DNA from: the human T2T-CHM13v2.0 reference genome, Homo sapiens
Assembly (NCBI RefSeq): GCF_009914755.1
Contig: NC_060925.1
Strand: one strand, 5' to 3'
DNA length: 64,000 nt
Shown: piece by piece, positions 51,554-64,000 of the stretch
Layout: each line of letters begins with the position of its first letter
Position numbering within the stretch: position 1 is the stretch's first letter
Made by a program: the position numbers and the translations under genes
The notes under the pieces: model-generated
The model's input: only the letters and a program-made list of their open reading frames with translations
Told to the model about the DNA's origin: nothing
Databases searched by the model: none

Positions 51554-51654
51554 CTGCAAATGAGGACAAAAAAAGGTTACTGGTATTCATTAAGTCTTCA
51601 TACATTAAATTTAATTCAACTATAAAGTACAAAAATCCAGAAATCCCTGCTTAC

Positions 51655-51749
51655 CTGAATTACTAAATAGGTTCTGGCTGAGTCCGCGTAAAGGAATGCT
51701 ATCTTCCCTTTTCTTCAGGTATTTGGATTCCAACCCTACATTTTCACCA
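51655..51749 (-). CDS. SASS6: SASS6 penultimate exon ([31 protein letters not shown])
   Basis: Minus strand ttctttttaag/ acceptor, CAG/gtaagc donor, 95 nt; followed by a 101-bp intron. Confidence 0.93.
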
Positions 51750-52632
51750 CTTAAAAAGAAAATGGTAATAACTTATTTAACAAAGTCTTTATTAACTTTG
51801 AAGGTTTATCTCATATGTATACATATATATAAGATAATGTAACTAAGTTCTATTTATAGCTTAGCTTTGTTCAGAACACATTCTTCACTGGTTTCTTAAG
51901 CAAATGGTAATTTTATACATAAACCAAAGTATCCTCAGTAAAGAGTAGATTATAATAAAATTTTAAGAGCTGGGATAAGGATGGTGGGAAAAATGAAAAT
52001 TCTACAAGTGCTATAAAAATTTAAATACTAGCACATAAGTGATACATGACAGAAAAATACGTGCCTTGAGAGTAACACTATTAATTTCTAACTCATATTT
52101 AAAATAAGATTTCTTTTTCCTTTGACCAAAAGCTCTTCGAAATTTTCTAGTGCTTCAAAGTAGTCATGATCAAGTATTAACACACATTACACAATAAATT
52201 CTGATCAAATTAATACAAATGAGAAAATCTGGGGGAGAAAGAAGGGCATTTCTGTGTTTCCCCTTTCTACCACTGCCATCCTTTCTAAATACATCCAGTG
52301 TTAACGGTTTCCCTAGTATTACTTGTAATAAGAAGTTAAAGGCTCTTGCAAAACAATGAGAATAAATCAATCCTTAAAATTAAATGATGGTTGCTCTTGA
52401 CCCAATTTTCAGAAATAAGTGGGTGAACAGACTTTTTTTCTATTTTATTTTTTTCTTTAAAGTTTGATACCCGGTGCCACTTTTTGCTAGCTGACAAATA
52501 AAAGAACCAGAAAAAACTCAAAATCACTGAACAGTCCTAATTTTATGGACAGATGGATATGTTTGACTTCATACTACAAATACGATTGTCATATTTTCTG
52601 CTAGTAAAATTGCTCTGTCTATAATGATTTGA

Positions 52633-53402
<770 letters not shown>

Positions 53403-54257
53403 CAAACATTTTAATTATTTTAACACATCATGATCCAATGAATAAAAGCTAGAGAGCTGGGGATAAGAACCCTCTTTGAGCTATGTTAGTAATTTAGTTT
53501 GTAATGTAGAACTAGGATGGTGATAGCTCATGATAATGAGTATCAGCAGACAGGCCTTAAAGCCATTAAATTTAATAAATAACTATATTAGTAGTAATAA
53601 ATTACAAACATGAAGTCTATCCAGAGAGAAAAGTTTGCCTGTATGAGTGGTTTGATTTAACCACAAGTCATTGAATCAACAGACTTCACTATGTAAACCC
53701 TGTTTAAAAAACAGGGAATGGAAGTCGCAAAATGGCATTAAAGCTTATTTTTGTTATCTATGGGAAAATCTCACAAACCTTTTTACTCATTCTCTGTATA
53801 TTTCTAGCATATTAACTAGCTGGTATTTTAGATTAGATTATACTGAAAGCAATAAATCAGAAAAATGGAGAGCTTCCAGGGACAGACATAGCCATATAAG
53901 AAAACAAAAACAGCTGACCATGAGGAATTTTTAAAAATTTCTATGAATATGTCTGAGAATATTTGAAAGCCCAGTCTTCAGTTATGTAGGAAAATCTCTT
54001 TCAACAAACGAAATTTTACTATCTAAGCACATCCCACATTAAAAAATAATGAGTAGATTGTTGGAGGAGGAAACAGAAAAAAGTATGAGAAATCTCTTTT
54101 TTATAGCTAAGAGTAATTCAACTTAAATTCCAATGATCAGTAACTTGAAATGTCTCAGGTAAACAGGTGGGCATCACAGCTCTCAAGCACTGATAAAAAT
54201 TCTGTAAGATGGCCTTCAAAATTGCAAACATTAAATTTTATGTCATTAAGCACTTAC

Positions 54258-54355
54258 TTTTCCTTATCAGTTGAGCAAGGCATACTAATAGTTGCTCCTG
54301 ACTGAACATCTCCTAGTGATGCATTTGGTTTTGTAAACTGCAAATTAAACTGAAC
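54258..54355 (-). CDS. SASS6: SASS6 third-to-last coding exon ([32 protein letters not shown])
   Basis: Minus strand ttccttctcacag/ acceptor, AA/gtaagt donor, 98 nt; splices in frame to the next two exons. Confidence 0.92.
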
Positions 54356-54424
54356 CTGTGAGAAGGAAAAACATCTCATGTAACTGAGTTATATAGAAGT
54401 AGACAGTTTTGGGCAGAGGGGGGA

Positions 54425-64000
<9,576 letters not shown>

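Overview
Primate (most likely human) genomic DNA that I recognise as the MFSD14A (HIAT1)/SASS6 locus; the 1p21.2 position is from memory. The complete MFSD14A gene is on the + strand: a CpG-island promoter at about 4.0-5.1 kb and 12 coding exons (4349-48328). The exons splice through canonical GT-AG sites into an intact 1473-nt ORF, a 490-aa MFS transporter, followed by a 3'UTR with AATAAA at 49458. The last three coding exons and the 3'UTR of SASS6 are on the - strand, tail-to-tail with MFSD14A, with poly(A) signals about 250 bp apart. The rest is intron filled with about 50 Alu pieces plus L1, L2, MIR, MLT1 and MER elements; almost all ORF-track hits are Alu, L1 or low-complexity artefacts. 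I found no new gene family, CRISPR array or prokaryote-type system. The best second-look signals are: (1) a strong-Kozak 3-codon uORF whose stop overlaps the main ATG, plus a second uORF; (2) an Alu orientation pattern and exon phases that predict a nested set of stop-free circular RNAs; (3) three readable rearrangement or repair scars, namely an Alu-Alu inversion with swapped TSDs, a collapsed inverted-Alu palindrome, and a templated insertion forming a perfect 18-bp hairpin; (4) a 26-bp tandem duplication that doubles a Pumilio element in the SASS6 3'UTR. Repeat subfamily names and repeat boundaries are read by eye and approximate; exon boundaries were checked base by base.
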